Part shown: piece by piece, positions 1 to 13,897 of the stretch | Position numbering within the stretch: position 1 is the first letter of the stretch | Layout: every line of letters starts with the position of its first letter | Assembly: GCF_009914755.1 (NCBI RefSeq) | Contig: NC_060926.1 | Source: the human T2T-CHM13v2.0 reference genome, Homo sapiens | Reading direction: 5' to 3' (one strand) | Length of the DNA stretch: 64,000 nt | The notes under the pieces: generated by a model | Told to the model about the DNA's origin: nothing | Databases searched by the model: none | What the model saw: only the letters and a program-made list of their open reading frames with translations | Made by a program: the position numbers and the translations under genes

Positions 1-112
1 CTATCAACCCGTCATCTAGGTTTTAAGACCCGCATGCATTAGCTATTTGTCCTAAGGCTCTCCCTCCTCCTGCCCCCACAACAGGCCCAGTGTGTGTTGT
101 TCCCCTCCCTGA
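1..112 (-). mobile_element. L1PA-type LINE-1 3' UTR fragment
   Basis: ctatcaacccgtcatctaggttttaag...caggcccagtgtgtgttgttcccctccctg resembles the antisense L1PA 3' UTR; cut by window edge. Confidence 0.7.
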
Positions 113-171
113 CATGGACATCTATATTTTTTCCTCTAGGAGTAGAATGGCTGGATCTTATGGATCTTAAC

Positions 172-469
<298 letters not shown>

Positions 470-997
470 TAGTTGTCATCTCTTCCATCATCATTAGGAA
501 AACTAAGCTGGAAACTGCATATAACTTTGAACACAAGGCCTAGCAGAAACTGAGTTCCCTCATAACAGATCACTCCCTCCCTGGGTTGTCTGCGTGATAG
601 AAGTTTATTTCTCTCTTGTTTTTGGATCTTTCCAAAACAAAATAATGCACAGGATTGCTGAGATGGGAACACAGCAATGCAGGGTACAGAGCTGCTTTTG
701 ACTTGGGAAACACCAGGAGAACCTCATTTAATGAAATACCCACTAATGTCCACCATGTGTCTAGGTGCTAGGAACACATGGTTATGACATCGGGAGAAGA
801 GGGAGGCTACACTACAATGCTTTGGGCAGGAGTGGGCCAGCAGCTTCCTTTCCATAATAGAATAAAATTCTTAGGTGAGGCAGAAAATGTCTTTCCCAAT
901 TCTGTCATGCTTTGCTCTGTCTTAATCTCCATTTTCAGTCCTGTAGGCCAGTCTTAGGTAATCGTTTAATCCTCTCCTGGGAAGGAGAATGGGGATT

Positions 998-1150
998 AAC
1001 ATTTATTGAGTATCTACTGTGTGCTCAGGCAGGGTCATTTCAGTTTCACTTACTTGACTGGGACGTTGGCCAATGAGGAATCTGAGGCCCCAGGAAACAA
1101 AGCTATTGTATGGTAGAGTTAAGATTTGAACCTGGATCTGTCTAACTGCA
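998..1150 (-). mobile_element. MIR SINE relic
   Basis: acatttattgag...atgaggaatctgaggc...gatttgaacctggatctgtctaac. Confidence 0.5.
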
Positions 1151-3377
1151 CAGTGCTTCAGACCAGTGAGCAGGCCTTATGTTTTCCACAGGCAACTCTG
1201 TGGCCTTGACAGCAGGGACCTTATCAGATTCATGTCTGTCTTCTCAGCAGCATCCAGCATAGCACAGCACGCATGGGTTGGGGCAGGGGACTTATCTGAT
1301 GTCTGGTGGGGCGACAAGGGAGTGGGCAGGTAGATGGATGATCGGATAGAGTGATCAGCATCCTGCACATGAGAGTCCTGCCAACAGCCCCCCAAGAGTC
1401 CCCAGGCCGCAGACTGGAACCCGCTGCTCTAAGAACTCAATCCTTTTCCTTTATGTGTGCAAGAGTAAGTGGGAAGGAGAGGAGATGACAGCAGCAGGTG
1501 GGGAAATGGTTCTCTCAACATTCCCCTCCTCTAAATCAGAAGCTCCTGTCCCACCTCCTCAGCCCCTGAGCCTGCTGACCCCAGGCTTTGGCTCTACGGG
1601 CTCTGTTCTGCTGGCTGGGGCTGGAAAGGGCTATGTACTATGGTCCGAGAGAAAGTGCTTTCTGAAATTGATGTGGCTTGTGTAGGAAGGAGGTGCACTT
1701 TTTAGCCTTTGTCCTGGTTACAGAGACTTGGGTATTTAACTGTGTTCATTTAAAAGTCAATTTACCCCAGGAGATGGGGGAACAGAGTGCTCGAAAGCTC
1801 AAATGGCATGATTTTTGCAAAAGCCAGACGCTGGGTAAATCAACCCCGCTCCCATTTTCAAACTATCAAAATCAAGGTCTCTTTGTTAAGTTGTTTATTT
1901 GGTACAGACAAGCTGCCAAGACTGCAAATGAGACGGCGCTTGGTTGTTGTTCATTCCTGCTGATGGCTTGGCGAGGCCAATCTTCCTTCTGTGTTGCGAA
2001 TCCACACGGCTTAACCCCTCCGGTCCTTCCCTCATCACTCTGCAGCCTTTGCCATGAGCATTTCTCGGAGCTGTTGTGAGAACCCAGTGGGTCAGAGGTG
2101 ACAGCTTTATTAAAGATTAAGCTGTCCTCTCTTCCCTTGGGGCTGGTAATATTTAACTCTTGCTTTGCAAATTGTTTTTTCATAGATTTACACACTCTCC
2201 AACAGGATCATCATTGCTTGAGGGCAGGTATCACATTGTACACTTTCCACAAGGCCTTCACTGTCTTACACAAGCATTCAATAAATATTTGTGGGTTTAG
2301 GGTGCATGCGTGTGTATGCACACATGTGTACACATGTGCAATGTTACTGGAGATGGAAGAGTTACACAGAAAACCCCAGGGAATCAGTCAGCAGGCAATT
2401 TTAAGCCCAGCTGCTTGGGGGGTGGTGGGGGTGGTTGATAACAGGACAAAGTCCGCAATTATCATTTAGGGGACTTTTTGTAATGGAATCCTTTAGAGAA
2501 TCAGCTCAGATGACATATTATTCTAACCCCAAACTCAAGATTTTCTCTCTGGCTGCCTGTAGAAAAAGAGGTGTGCATTTGCATGGGAGGATAGCTGTTC
2601 CTGCAAACATTTATTCAAGGACAGGAAAAGGCAGGGCCCCTGAGAACAAGAAAAAATCAGTGGGTGGTTGAACCACGCAGTGGGAGGAGTGGGGTTTCTG
2701 AAGCCGTCAGGGCAGCATACAAAACCAGGCTCTGCTGCTTGCAGTGAATCTCTCCTCCATTGTAACTGAGATACGTATATCCTCTTTTTTCTTTCTGCTG
2801 TTTCTGTGTTAACGGCAAATCCACTTCTTAATTTCAGGAAGGTCCACAGAAAACATCCTGGGGTCCTGAGCTGAAGTGTGATGGGAGGAGTCCTCTGTAT
2901 CTCAGTCTGATCCTGGTCTCCCTCTCGGCCATGGTCTCACACTAGTGCTGCTGGGAAACCATCCCTCACATCCAGTCCTGGCATCGGGCAGTGACTCTGG
3001 TCCAACTGTTGTCCAACTCAAGGGTTTAGCTGCTTAGATTTTCCTAAAACTTGAATTTCATTTTCCTCTAGCCATGGAATACAGATTAATCCTTTACAAT
3101 TAAAATCCAAGTTCAGATTTTATTTGTTGTGGTTTTTAATTAAAATCTCACCAGCACTTTGTGGATTTTTTTTTTCTTAGAAAGGCAAACACACTGTGCG
3201 TATCAGTCAGCCTGGACTGCCATCACAAAATACCATAGACTGTGTGTCTTAAAACAACAGAAATGTATTTTCTCACAGTTCTGGAGGCTGGAAGTTCAAG
3301 GTCAATGTTCTGGATGATTTGGTTTCCGGTGAGGCCTCTCTTTCTTGCTTGCAGATGGCTGCCATTCTTCTGTGTCC

Positions 3378-4064
3378 TGTAGGGAAGTTCAAACTTTTCC
3401 TCTGAAGGTTTGAACAAACTGACAATATGCAGACTAATAGGAGGAAGAAAGGCATTCAAAGTTGCTAATGTGCATAAGCACAAGGCCACAGAAAATATGA
3501 GATTCAAAGGAGCACCAGGCGCCTGAGGCTTAAATACCCTCTTCATAAGGGAGAGGGAAATGGGGTTGTAGGCAATTGCGAGGGGCAGTAAATGACTTTC
3601 AGTAAACGAATGAGCCCAAAGAACAATGTCCTGGGACAAAGTTCCCCTCTGCTCTGGAGGACGTGGTGGGAAGGTGAGGGGTGGAACTTCACTGTGCACA
3701 AAGGTTGTCTAATTATGCAGATAGAGTCTCCCAGGTGATGTCTCCAGCTGCCCTCAGAAGAGTAGATGAAATTCTCTCGGGGAGTGGTGAAGACTCCTGG
3801 TCTCTCCTCTTCTCCCTGTGATTAATCTTCTCCCTGTGGTTAATCTTCTCCCTGTGCTTAATCTGATTTCCAAAATCAGATAACGAAATTCCAGAGTGCC
3901 CCTTCTATGCTGGGACAGGGGTGGGGAGAGGTGGGCAAGAAGCAAGAGAAGATTAGAAAGTCCTTGGCTGTGAGGCACCTTCTAAGGCTTCCAATTTCCT
4001 CACATTCAGAAGTGCCCAGCATGCCAGGCACCATATCCTCGGGTCTCGTTCTCTGTGCCCCACA
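3378..4064 (-). mobile_element. ERV1 (MER4-group) solo LTR nested in MLT1
   Basis: TG...CA termini (tgtaggg...ccccaca) exactly interrupting MLT1 homology; contains 18-bp x3 internal tandem (tcttctccctgtgattaa, ~3808-3863). Confidence 0.6.
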
Positions 4065-4125
4065 TGCTCACAGCTTTTCCTCCATGCATGTGCACAGAAA
4101 GAGGTTGAGCTCTCTGGTGTCTCTT

Positions 4126-4426
4126 TTTTTTTTTTTTTTTTTTTTTGAGACGGAGTCTCACTCTGTTACCCATGCTGGAGTGCAGTGGTGCAATCTCAGT
4201 GCACTGCAACCTCCACCTCCCAGGTTAAAGTGATTCTCCTGCCTCAGCCTCCTGAGTAGCTGGGATGACAGATACACACTACCACACCCAGCTAATTTTT
4301 GTATTTTTATTAGAGATGGGGTTTCACTATGTTGGCCAGACTGGTCTCAAACTCCAGCCTCAAGTGATCCACCCACCTTGGCCTCCCAAAGTGCTGGGAT
4401 TACAGGCATGAGCCACTGTGCCTGCC
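4126..4426 (-). mobile_element. Alu (AluS), full length
   Basis: dimeric Alu; TSD tggtgtctctt on both sides. Confidence 0.95.
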
Positions 4427-4864
4427 TTGGTGTCTCTTATAAGGGCACACGTGTATGACCTCATTTAACCTTAATTACTTCCTAGAGGCCCCATCACCAA
4501 CTACAGCTGTATTAGGTGTTAGAGCTTCAGTATATGAATTCTGGGGGGACAGAAACTTCAGTCCATAACACTGAGTTTCACAGCTGGTGCTTTGGGACTC
4601 AACGGCACACAAGGACTAGATGTTAGAAAGTAGAACTTCTCATTTGAAGATGGGGAAACTGAGTCCTCAATGGGGAAATGATGCAGCAAATGAGAGGTAC
4701 AGCCAGATGTGTTCACTTTATCCTTCTCCATGAGCAACTTTATGGGAGGAACAGCTAATGCGGAGGGCATCAGGCAAACGCCCAGGCTGTGCTCTTGTTT
4801 GCCTGGGAAGTGTTCCTCTGAGTCTAAGTGAGATGGTCAAGGCAGGTCTCAAATACCACCAAGT

Positions 4865-5155
4865 ACAAGTTGACAATTCCTCAGGGCCAGATGTATTTTG
4901 GAATCAGTGTTTTTCCCAAAAATATTTTAAAAAGTAATATCATCTATATTCTGTACATTGCACGACACCTCCAGCAACTCTAGAGATCCAGGCAACACCC
5001 TGGAATCAAACACATAAATACTTCTGCAGAGAAATCTCAGCGTCTGCACACTACGTGGGATAGGTCAAGGCAGCCCAACCTGTCAGGCCCAGCAGTACCA
5101 CCACAAATCTATGAAATGACCTTCTGTTTTCAGAATGGCCAACTGGGGATCATGC
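4865..5155 (+). mobile_element. MER46C-like Tigger (Tc1/mariner) DNA transposon relic
   Basis: gggccagatgtattttggaatcag...aaaagtaata...gcaacaccctggaatcaaacacataaatacttctgcag...cacactacgtgggata. Confidence 0.6.
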
Positions 5156-5989
5156 ACTCTGACCATTCAACAGATGTCACTCTTCTGGTGGACGGAGAAG
5201 AAAGAAGTAGCTTATTGACAGTTGGAAAGCTGGCAAGTCTGGGGGCTTCCTCCAATGGCCTGGATGGTCCTAGGGGCTCTGGAGACACGAGGAGAGCCCG
5301 TCTATTTGCTGACAGTGGGGAGCTACAGCAATGGCTCCCTTCCTTCCAAGGGAAACAGCCCATGACCCACACCTCCCCAGCCCCCATGTTTGGCCAGAAA
5401 GGCTTTTTAGCAATTTCTCATCCACTCATTGCCTGCTGAGCTGCAATTGCCACCTCCCCCAATGCTGAAGTGTGCAGAAGTTTCTCTCTGATCCAGGATG
5501 TAATTAGCACCTGCCAAAGTACTGGGCTGAGATGAGAGTGGGATTCCACTCTTCTCCCAAAAACTGTTCCTCAAGAAGCAGTTGGTGTCTAGGAAGAAAA
5601 TTTCTGACTTGGAGGGATTAAAAAGTGATCTTCTAAAATGCAGAGGCAGGTGGTGTTTGTCTGGGCGAATGCCTCTGGGTTTACATGTTTGATTTCAGCA
5701 AGCACACTGACAGATGCCTGGTGAGCTGCAAACACTTACTTTGTTCAATAATGGGCCCATAACCCCACACATGAATGCCTCATCTGAGAATATTTTACTG
5801 TGCTCCCCTTGACACGAGAGAATCTTCTGTAGGTAGGAAGAGGTTGTCTGTTAACAGTTGCTTTTATCTTCATAGTTATTTCATATAAAGCAAAACAAGG
5901 GACAGAGAACTTTAGAGGCTCTGTTTATGATAAATTATTTTAGGGAGCTTTGCAACCAATTAGATATTCAGTGATAAGTGAATTCCTGA

Positions 5990-6349
<360 letters not shown>

Positions 6350-6649
6350 TTTCTTTCAATTTTGAAAGAAGCCAAAGTTGTTCATACACAGATGGGTTGG
6401 CTGGCCACAGTGATAGCAGTAACGATGAACACTGCACCATGCCTTTTGGTTTCTGAAGGATTTTCACATTCATGGTTTCTTTTGCACTCACAACATCCTT
6501 ATATCCAGTTTGTAGATTTATATACAGACTCAGAGTGGTTAAATAACTTGGGCAAAATAAGGGGAGGAACTGACACGAGATGTCATACATTTTCCCAGAG
6601 AAGAATCCTCCATTCTCCTGCCTTGAGAGGTTTGGGTGGAAATAGAGAC

Positions 6650-6811
6650 ACGAGCCTTACAAGTACATCTGTTGTATTGAATTAGGGTCCAACACAATTC
6701 ATAATTTATCTGAACTTGATTACACCTGCAAAGACCCTATTTCCAAGTAGGGGTACCAGGAGTTAAGACTTCAACATATATTTGAGGAGAAGCACAATTG
6801 AACCCATAACA
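6650..6811 (-). mobile_element. MLT1C/D-type LTR fragment
   Basis: ttacacctgcaaagaccctatttccaa...gacttcaacatat...aattgaacccataaca. Confidence 0.6.
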
Positions 6812-6894
6812 CACTGTTCATAATGAGATTTGTGATGCCACCAATGGACCTGTAACCTGTCATGCCGCTGAGCGTAAGTCAACTGTGTAATCAC

Positions 6895-7249
6895 TGTATT
6901 AGTCCATTTTCACACTGCTGATAAAGACGTACCTGAGACTGGGAAGAAAAAGAGGTTTAATGGGACTTACAGTTCCACATGGCTGGAGAGGCCTCAGAAT
7001 CATGGCGGAAAGCAAAAGGCACTTCTTACATGGTGATGGCAAGAGAAAATGAGGAAGATGCAAAAACGGAAACCCCTGATAAAACCATCAGATCTCGTGA
7101 GACTTGTTTACTACCATGAGAATAGAATGGGGGAAACCGCCCCCATGATTCAAATTACCTCCCACCGGCTCCCTCCCACAACACGTGGGAATTATGGGAG
7201 TACAATTCAAGGTGAGATTTGGGCGGGGAAACAGAGCCAAATCATATCA
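6895..7249 (-). mobile_element. THE1 (THE1C-like) MaLR solo LTR
   Basis: tgtattagtccattttcacactgctgataaagac...ccaaatcatatca; 5-bp TSD atcac/gtcac. Confidence 0.92.
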
Positions 7250-8604
7250 GTCACTAATTGCAACACAGCCTGAGGACATAAGAAAAACCTGTGCTGTCTC
7301 AAATTATATCGTTAAAGACAGGAAGACTCTACAGATGCCGTCATAGATTATGCACCATGTTTTCCTTGGCTATGTACATTTATGAGATGAAGGCTTTAGC
7401 CTTCTCTAGGAATAGCACAAGAGGCAAGGCATTTTTTGGAAGAGGATCAGGGTGGGTTTGCAATTCCAGAGAAGTAAGGGTGAGGTGAAAGGGAAGTGAG
7501 TCCAGAAAAGGGGGAAAGCAAACACAAAGCAATGCATGGCTGGGCCGGCCACAGCTCCCTAAGAAAGATGGAGCTGACTTCACAGTCACATGGATGTCAC
7601 TGGGGAAGCCATCTGAACCACTGCATTACAGAACAACCCATTAGGGTGGTGGTGGGAGATGTGCTGGAAGGGCAGGAAATTCATCAGCCAGCCCCTTCTG
7701 CTCTCCTGGCTCTCACTGGTTAAAGCTCACCCTCATGGTTGGTAACTTCTCCATGAGGCTATGTTGAATCACTGAGTGCCTCTGGGGAAACCAGAACCAT
7801 GCACTGTGTTCCATTTGAGACCAGAAGCTGTAGGAGGAGCCAGGTCATGTTCTGCTGTAGGAGCTGCCAGCCGTTCCCAGGCAGGTGGGCTCAGCTCAAG
7901 CAGCCTCTGTGCTAGAGGCAAGTCTGTACGGTACAGTCTGGGGCCAGCTGCACATGTGGACCATGCTGCTGCAGCCTAGGCAGCCTATGAGTCAGCGGTG
8001 CCCATCCGCGTTGCCCAGCTGGGGAAGGCATGCTGGAGGCTGGAGCAGGTGGGCGCTCTGGCTGCCATCCAACAAATGGCCCCACGCCGGAGGCTGGGCA
8101 AATCCGGAGGGGCAAATCAGGACAGATTCCATCTCCATATGTTGTGGCTCTATTTTGGAAACGCTGATCAGCTTGTTACACCTGTAACCATGGATCCCTG
8201 CCATTCACCAGTGGATATTTTGAATGCATGAAGTTGATCTCACGAGTTTTCTAAACCATTGAGCTGACAGGTGTGGGCTGTGACCTGCCACACTCTCCTG
8301 CTTGGCACCTGGTGAGAGCCAGTGCTCAGATGGAAACCACCCTTCTTGCAGCCCCTCCTGAGGAATCCTCCCCATTTCACATGGGACAGTCTTTGCCAAG
8401 TCAGTACTTACCATTCCTAACTCTGAGGTGCAGACCTGCAATTTGAAAGCCCTACGAGGAAATCAGCGTTGTTGCAATTGCCTTTACTTGGCTCAAAAGC
8501 CGGGTGAGATAAATCTTCTTTAAAAAGAGGAGGGATGCAGGCAATTCCTCAGCTCCTGTGGGGGAGTTTTTTTAAAAAAAATTTTTAGTAGACTATCTAC
8601 TCGA

Positions 8605-8992
8605 CATCAAGTAGAGATGCCCCACCCAGGTCCCCTTTTAGTAAGAGCTTGTTGCTGCCAATGTCCACTCCTTCAGGGCTTGCTGGGGCTTCAGAGGGTG
8701 ACTTCAGCCCAGGCTGGGCAGGGAAGGGCCCTTCCCAGGATTGTCCACTTTCAATGAGTGATCAAGGCAAGGGCTTCAACTCAGCCATCGTGGCCCAGTT
8801 CTGCTAGACAAATCCACTCCAGAGCTCCCCAGGGGGCTGACGAGGCTTTGCTGGGCCTGCAGTGCAGCTTGGGTTCCTTGTCTGCTCAGTCCTGCCTGCT
8901 GGTCCTCCTGTTCACCGGTGTCTACCCCTAATAACCCTCTGGCACAGTGAGTGCCTCCTCACATCTGCTTCCAGAGGACCTAACAGGCAACA
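8605..8992 (+). mobile_element. LTR16-like ERVL LTR
   Basis: gagctccccagggggctgacgaggctttg...tctgcttccagaggacctaacaggcaaca. Confidence 0.55.
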
Positions 8993-9859
8993 CCTCTGTG
9001 ACAAGGTCCTCTTGCCTGCCCTGTGACATGCTGGATGAAGAAGAGGTGATGCCCTACATCAGTCCTTTTTGAAAGAGTGAGTTAGTGACCTAAGCAGGGC
9101 AGACGAGACAGGTCGGCGACTCTGGGGAAAGGAGGTGCTGTCTGCCAGACTGAATAGTGTCCAGAGGGAATGCTGGTCCATACGTTCTCAGCAGGGAGGT
9201 CCAGCCAGAGAGGAAAGAGCATCATAATGGGTCGTGCTCTAAGAGGCTGGGGAGGTGAGCTGACCCAGGCACACGCTCAGGTGGGCAGGCACCAGGAAGG
9301 CTATCCAGGTAAGGACTTGATTCCCAGACCCAGGATTAAAGTGGCCAGCTGAGGCCATGAATGTGAACTTCAGGAGTTGTTTCAGTGTTCAGGAGCTCGG
9401 CTGCCACTAGCCCATAGAGAAGCTTTATACAAATTAGGAGAAGGAACCTCCTGTCTGCCCAGTTCCCACCTGGATGTCATCCCACAGGCACTTGGTGTGG
9501 TGTGCAGATGGCCCTTTTGGGTAAGCAAAATGGTGCCCCCTCCCGTAGACAGATGCAGCTCTGCTCCAGGGAGCATGGCTTGGCAAGGGGCACGCGGGCT
9601 GGGTTTCAGCTCCCACTCAGCTCCTCTGCCAGGAGCCTTTGTTCTGGGCACAGAATATAAAGTTGTGCACACAGCCTTGCTCCCAGATTTCCCTTGGAAT
9701 CAGTACGATCCTCGGCCTTGGAGAGTCAGTGCAGATGGAAACAGGGCATCTCAGATGGCCCCAAACATGCACCACACAGTGCTAATGGGCACTTCCTCTG
9801 TCACCTGCAAACTGTGTGACAATACATGTACGTGGTCCTTCCAGAGTTGTCTCTGATCC

Positions 9860-10005
9860 TTGAAAGAGCGCTGTGAAGTAAGTACTGTTAACATTCACAT
9901 TTTAAAGATTAGAGAAAAGAAGCTCAGAGAGGACGGGCGATTTACCTAAAGTCACACAGCAAATGAGAGGAAAACTGGGGCTAAAACTGCTCCACCTGAC
10001 TCAGC
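9860..10005 (-). mobile_element. MIR SINE relic
   Basis: cattttaaagattagagaaaagaagctcagagagg...tttacctaaagtcacacagc. Confidence 0.5.
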
Positions 10006-10387
10006 AACCCAAAAGGAAACCATTCCATTGTGGAGCATTTAACAGACAGTCAGCATTTTAGAGCAAAGAAGGCCGTGCTAGTTCATCTAGTCTAAGAGTA
10101 CAGATAAAAAATCTGAAGTCTGGAGAGGTTTCATGACTTGCTTAAGATTACGCAGCAGCTTAATCAAACAGCCATATCCAGAACCTGGTCTGCCTGCTCA
10201 GGGCACTGTCATGTTCATCTCCCATGATACCCCTCTGCTGATTCTTGAGCAAGAAAGAATGTGAGAGAAGCCCAGTGTTTGCCAACCCATGGGGCATGTC
10301 CTGCACACCATGTAGAAAAACCTCTTCCCTCTATGTGCTTCCCATTATTCCATCAGTAAGAGCTCTCAAAATCAGAGCCTTTACCCT

Positions 10388-10638
10388 CCACTCATCCATC
10401 CTTCCTTCCTTCCTTCCACTCATCTATCTATCCATCCACCATCCATCCATCAATTTATCCATCCATCCATCCATCCATCCATCCTCCCATCCATCCATTC
10501 TTCCATCCATTCATCCTTCCTTCCATTCATCTTCCCATCCATCCACCTAACCATCCATTTATCCATTCTTCCTTCCTTCCTTCCTTCCTTCCTTCCTTCC
10601 TTCCACCCATTCATCCCTTCTTCCATCCATCCATCCAT
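10388..10638. repeat. Compound (CCAT)n/(CCTT)n microsatellite
   Basis: directly visible tetranucleotide arrays. Confidence 0.95.
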
Positions 10639-10644
10639 ATCTTT

Positions 10645-10935
10645 TTACCTCAAACATTCATTAGGTCCTACATTGGGTGCTGAGGACATAGACAAAATAG
10701 AGAGTCCATGCTTTCAAAGAGCTCACTGTCTAGAGGGGGAGGCAGATTTGCCTGTAAATCAATAATTGCCACCCAGCGTGTGAGGAGCCATGGCGGAAGT
10801 GAGCAAAGGGGTGGGGAACTGAGAAGTGCACTGTATATCCCTGGATCAGGCGAAGGCCTCTGGAGATGGTGTGCGGAGTTGTGGGTTGAGAGGATTCAGA
10901 CAGGCATTTATGAAGGGGTCAGAAAGGATGTGCAG
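10645..10935 (-). mobile_element. L2 LINE 3' fragment
   Basis: caaacattcattaggtcctac...gggtgctgaggaca...ctttcaaagagctcactgtctag. Confidence 0.5.
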
Positions 10936-10989
10936 GTAGACCAGGGTAGCCAGGAACTGCATCTAGCTTTGACTTGATGCTCTGCCCTC

Positions 10990-11945
10990 CAGGTCTACTG
11001 GGGTGAGGGTCTCACCTCCACACCTTCACCTGCCCCCATGGATTTGCCAGGTGCAGCCCATGCTGCAGGTGGCAAGAGTTGGAGTCACATGCTAGTGACT
11101 CTTACAAAATCGCATGCCAGTGGCTCTACCAGTCTGGGGTCATGGCGTGGCTCCACTTCCATGGTTCTGGGGGCATTGCCCTAGTAGGGGCTCTCTGTAG
11201 GGGCCAAACCACAAGGTAGTTCTCTGCCTAGGACCCCCAGCTCTGTGGGGTATCCTTTGAAATCTAGGTGGAGGCAGATATGGCCCCATGGCTTCTCAGG
11301 GCACAATGCATGCTGCACTGCAGACTCTCTTTTGAAATTGTTCTGCCCTAGTGATCCTTGCATTCTGTGGTAGAGTTATTGCCTTGGACAATAGGTCCTG
11401 GCTTCTGTGTAGGTGGCTGACTGATCTCCCCATTGTGTTGACGAATACCTCATAGCTTTTGTTGAGATGGTCCATTCATACTAATCTCCTTATCAAATTT
11501 GGCCACACCCTTCTGTCTCTGAAAAGACTTTCTTATTTTTTCCAATATGGATAGGCTGAGAATTTTCCAAATTTTAAGTTCTCATTCTCTTTTTATTGAC
11601 ATTGTTGTCTTTAAATAATTTATCTTTTCCAGAATTTTACTGTAAATAGTCAAGAAGAATCAGGCCACATCTTCAACACTTTGCTTAGAAATAGCGTCAG
11701 CTAAATATCCAATCTTGTTCCTCACAAGTTCCACCTTCTACAAAACACTAGGACACAAACACAACTTAGCCAACTTCTTTGCCACTTTATAAGAAGGACT
11801 GCCTTTCCTACAATTTCTGATAACATGTCCCTTGTTTCTGTCTGAGACCTCATCAGAATGGCCTTCTCCATCCATATTTCTACCAACATTCTATTCACAA
11901 CCACTTAGACATTCTCCAGAAGATTGAAACTTTCTCTACACCTCT
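10990..11945 (-). mobile_element. MaLR internal (MLT1/MST-int) fragment
   Basis: cattgccctagtaggggctctctgt; ttgcttagaaat; tctgagacctcatcagaatggcctt; similar to the MSTA internal sequence at 55345-56909. Confidence 0.65.
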
Positions 11946-12136
11946 CACGTAAATATTTAGACCATAGCAGGAGTTGAGATCTGTATACTTTCTGCTTTAA
12001 AGTGTTTTTTTTGTTAAGGTCCTGATGGGCTGTGGGCCAGGGAGCTTGACAGGGCAGTGATAAAGATGCTGCAGTTAATGGGGCATTGCTCTTACTCTCT
12101 GGTGGGCTCAGCTCCATTTGCCCTCAGAGGGAAAGG

Positions 12137-12770
12137 TGAGATAGAATAGGAGTGGGACATGGCTTCTTCTTCACACTCTTTTTCTTTCTGCTTTTTTTCT
12201 TCTCTTCACGAAACCCACACCACCACCTCTCTGACACTATACTTGCTAACCCCAAGGCTTTAGTCACACACAAAAAAATAGCCATTTTTCTGTGCTCTCA
12301 TAATGCTTCACCATGCCTTCTACTTAAAGAATTCCAGAAACTGGCCTTAGGAAATCTAAACATTGAATTAAGATTGCAGAGTATCCCACCTTGGGAATGA
12401 ATGCTGAACAAGTGATTTGCAGCCCTGTTACCACTGGCCAGACCACCAGGTGGCCCAACCACAAGGTGCCCCATTACTCAAGATAACCATGGCAACCAAA
12501 TAATGCTGACCCACATACCTTACCCCTCAAGTGTTTTGCCCAACCCAGCCTGTATATCTTACCTCTGATGCCAATTCCCGCACTTTTCCTAATAGAAAAA
12601 ATCCCTACCAGCTTTTTGGGGAGCCAGCTGGAGGATCCTTGCACCTCGCCTCTGCTGTCTCCCTTATGATACAGCACAAGCCCTGAAATAAAAGGCTTGT
12701 CTGGGACATCTGCTTGGCCCTGTGTTAATTTCCATTAAATGGGGCGCCAAAGAGCCTGTGGTCTGTAACA
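12137..12770 (+). mobile_element. ERV1-class solo LTR (634 bp)
   Basis: TG...CA termini (tgagatag...ctgtaaca), perfect 4-bp TSD aagg, AATAAA at ~12687. Confidence 0.75.
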
Positions 12771-13897
12771 AAGGGACTCTGCACTCACCATTCTTTCCTG
12801 ACTGCATCCCCATTTGTGGTCCACATCCTGTGCTCTGGGCACTGTCGTTCCCCAGGGAAGTGTTGCTGGGGACAAGAGCCCTCCCAGGGGTGTTAGTTTC
12901 TTTAGCCACCTTCCCTGGGTCTACCTCAGAAGGGACACCTGCATCCTCTTGTTTGGTGTGCACAGACTTTGTCCTGATCCTTTGCCTGCCTTGATTTCTG
13001 CCCCCGTGCTATCCTTCCTGTGACCTTCCAGCTTCCAGCAGCATGGTTGCTGTTTCTACTCCGTCTTCCTCAGTCAGTGCTCAACTGGTCCCTGGCTCTG
13101 TATACCATATTTGTGTTCTCCTTCCTGCTACATGGCCTTGGGAGCCTTCAGAGGATAACCTGAGCCCCAGGATGTCTTACCTCCTGAAGGTACCGGACTG
13201 GGGGCTCGGTCTCCCATGACTAGTGCTTCCACCCAGACTGTCCTCCAGTGGGAATGGGCGATAGGGAACAATTAGTCAGGGATGAATTATTTCCTGGTCA
13301 CTGGAACTTTTCTCATCCTTCCTAGATCCTTCTAGTGGACTTTCTCTTCTTATTTTTGCCCTCCCAGGCCTCAGGTTCAACCTGTCCTGTTCTCCCTGCC
13401 TTCCCTCCCACTCCACCCTAAAAAGCCTGTTCCAAGATCAGCTATGAGAAGAGGCAACAGCACCTGCAGTAGACAGATCGGCCTGCTTCCAAAATGCCCA
13501 GTGGCCATGGCCATAGCATTTGCTGTGTCTCTAGCTATGCCCAATGGGTCCAAGGAAAAGGAACAGAGGTTCCAACTGGATTTTCTCCTCTGTTGCACTT
13601 CCTGCCCTCAATAACATCTTGGGAAAATAATTTGGCTTCTCTAACTCCAAAAACTCCAAATTCTCGGGCCTTAGGCATTTTAGGATGGCAGTCTAATTTT
13701 GCTAAGAGAGCAGAGATACAAAGTTTTAATCATAAGCTAAATATTATTAAATAAATAAATATTATTGGATATTTAGCTTATTTTTTTAATCAAAGTTATA
13801 TTTTCTGCTTTTGGATGGGATCCTTTGAATCCTGTCTTTGTCTCCTTGTAGGACCTCAGGGAAGACTGCAAGAAGCAGCCAAGTCACCCTGATATTC

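Larger units (their letters stand above)
3199..4570 (-). mobile_element. MLT1A/B-type MaLR solo LTR split into three pieces (3199-3377, 4065-4125, 4428-4570)
   Basis: aaaataccatagactg...ttctcacagttctggaggctggaagttcaagg; terminal ...cagtccataaca; homology resumes after each insertion. Confidence 0.8.
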
